Shown piece by piece: positions 62,801 to 64,000 of a DNA stretch of 64,000 nucleotides. Numbering within the stretch: position 1 is the first letter of the stretch; the number at the start of each line of letters is the position of its first letter. Below the pieces are notes generated by a model. The model did no database searches, was not told where the DNA came from, and saw only the letters and a program-made list of their open reading frames with translations. The DNA is from Oikopleura dioica. Lineage: Eukaryota > Animalia > Chordata. Position numbers and translations under genes: made by a program. The stretch spans positions 1,674,001 to 1,738,000 of the forward strand of contig OU015569.1 in the NCBI GenBank assembly GCA_907165135.1, read 5' to 3'.

Positions 62801-64000
62801 TGAGCGCTACGTTTTTTGTCGCATCGACAAAATGAAATTCTGGTTATTGTTGCATGCATAGAAGCGTGACCTAGTTAGCGAGTACGGCTTTTATGTAGCA
62901 TTTGAAGCAGTAATCCTCGAAAACAATGGACACCATAAACAGGGTAAATCGGCTTATCGAACAACACGCGGCCTATATCCCCCACTAAAACTTGATTCAA
63001 GGCCTCTTGACCTAGACCATGCTAAAAAAATCTCATCCCACAAAAAAAGGATGACGAAAAAAAGTCCAAATTGGCATTCAATAAGTTAGTTTAGACAGCA
63101 TGTAACTTATGTATTGAAGATTTTTTTGCAATTCTCACACCCTTCTTTTTTGTTGTGAGAAAAACACAACTCGCTCTAGTGGCTCATGTAATCCGGATTC
63201 TTGATCCCTGAAAACAGAAAATCTAGTCGCGAACACACATTCCTGTCGCATCGCTGGCGAAAGCCTCCAATCCGCGTTTCCGCTTTCTGACTGCCGGAAA
63301 CTCTTGGTCTCTTTGGAATGCGTTGAGCAACACTCTACTAAACAGCGACTACTTGTTTCCCACTTCTTTCACTTTCTCAAATCATCTCCTAAAGAAGCTT
63401 TCTTTATTTGGAGGTAGTAAACCGGGGCGTCGAAGTCATCCGAGTGCAAGATCGTTTCTGTCTCCTCTAGAGCGATTTTCTTCTTGTAGAGAGGACAGTC
63501 GGTCACGAACGATTCGAATTCGCCACCTGAAAAGGGAGATGACTATATTGAGAAAATAGGGGTAAAGAGAAAAGTGAAATGTACCCCTAAACAACTCTGT
63601 ATCAACAGAGAACAGAAGAGGATGAAATTCAAAGCGCTTTGAAGCTCGAATCGCCACGAGCGTAAAATTTAAGCGCACTGTTACCTTCGCCCGCCGGATG
63701 TACTCCGAATTTCTCTTCCAAAGTTAAGAGCGTCGGGGTCAGCTCGTGAAGCAGCTTTCCGACGTGCTTCCGGTTTAATCCCAGCGCCGCCACTTTTACA
63801 ATGACGACCTCGAAGCCAAGTTGCGACAAGTCCTGGATGTACTGCTTCTGATCTTTTTGCCAAAGCGGAGCGAGTGAAACCAGCCCAAGTCGGCTGCAAA
63901 CGGACTCAACTCGTACTCGCTGGTAATCTTTCTAGGCGGTCAAAGTTTTAAATAAAGGGTATCTCCATCGATTAGGCAATCTTTAACGAATTTCAAAATT
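59875..64000 (-). CDS. DPH6: Diphthine--ammonia ligase with two C-terminal RidA/YjgF domains; 5' part outside the window
   Basis: DYQRVRVESVCSRLGL, IVKVAALGL, GVHPAGEG|GEFESFVTDCPL; YjgF motifs SRSNWACSVVGPYSQA and LPRGASVEI. Confidence 0.92.

Overview
Compact eukaryotic DNA with very short introns, frequent non-GT donors (GC-AG, GA-AG) and same-strand gene clusters with an AG just before each ATG. This pattern points to a larvacean tunicate, probably Oikopleura dioica (inference). Recognised genes: a K2P potassium channel (cut by the left edge), a SETD4-like methyltransferase, a degenerate PPTC7/PP2C-like protein, threonine dehydrogenase, two RING proteins, an initiator tRNA-Met, two UBE2O-like E2 genes in inverted orientation about 17.6 kb apart, an NCLX exchanger, a CUB membrane protein and an atypical B-type cyclin. 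A minus-strand operon-like run holds DPH6, THOC7, a Raf RBD+C1-only gene, NDUFA6 and two tandem caspases. Many MITEs are present (8-bp-TSD hAT-like families and TTAA-target families). The most unusual items are a kinase-less Raf-CR1 protein, NACRG caspases with an Asp-free linker, a probable PPTC7 pseudophosphatase and a TTAGGG-capped foldback. No CRISPR, rRNA or autonomous transposase was seen. Exon structures were assembled by hand and are approximate.
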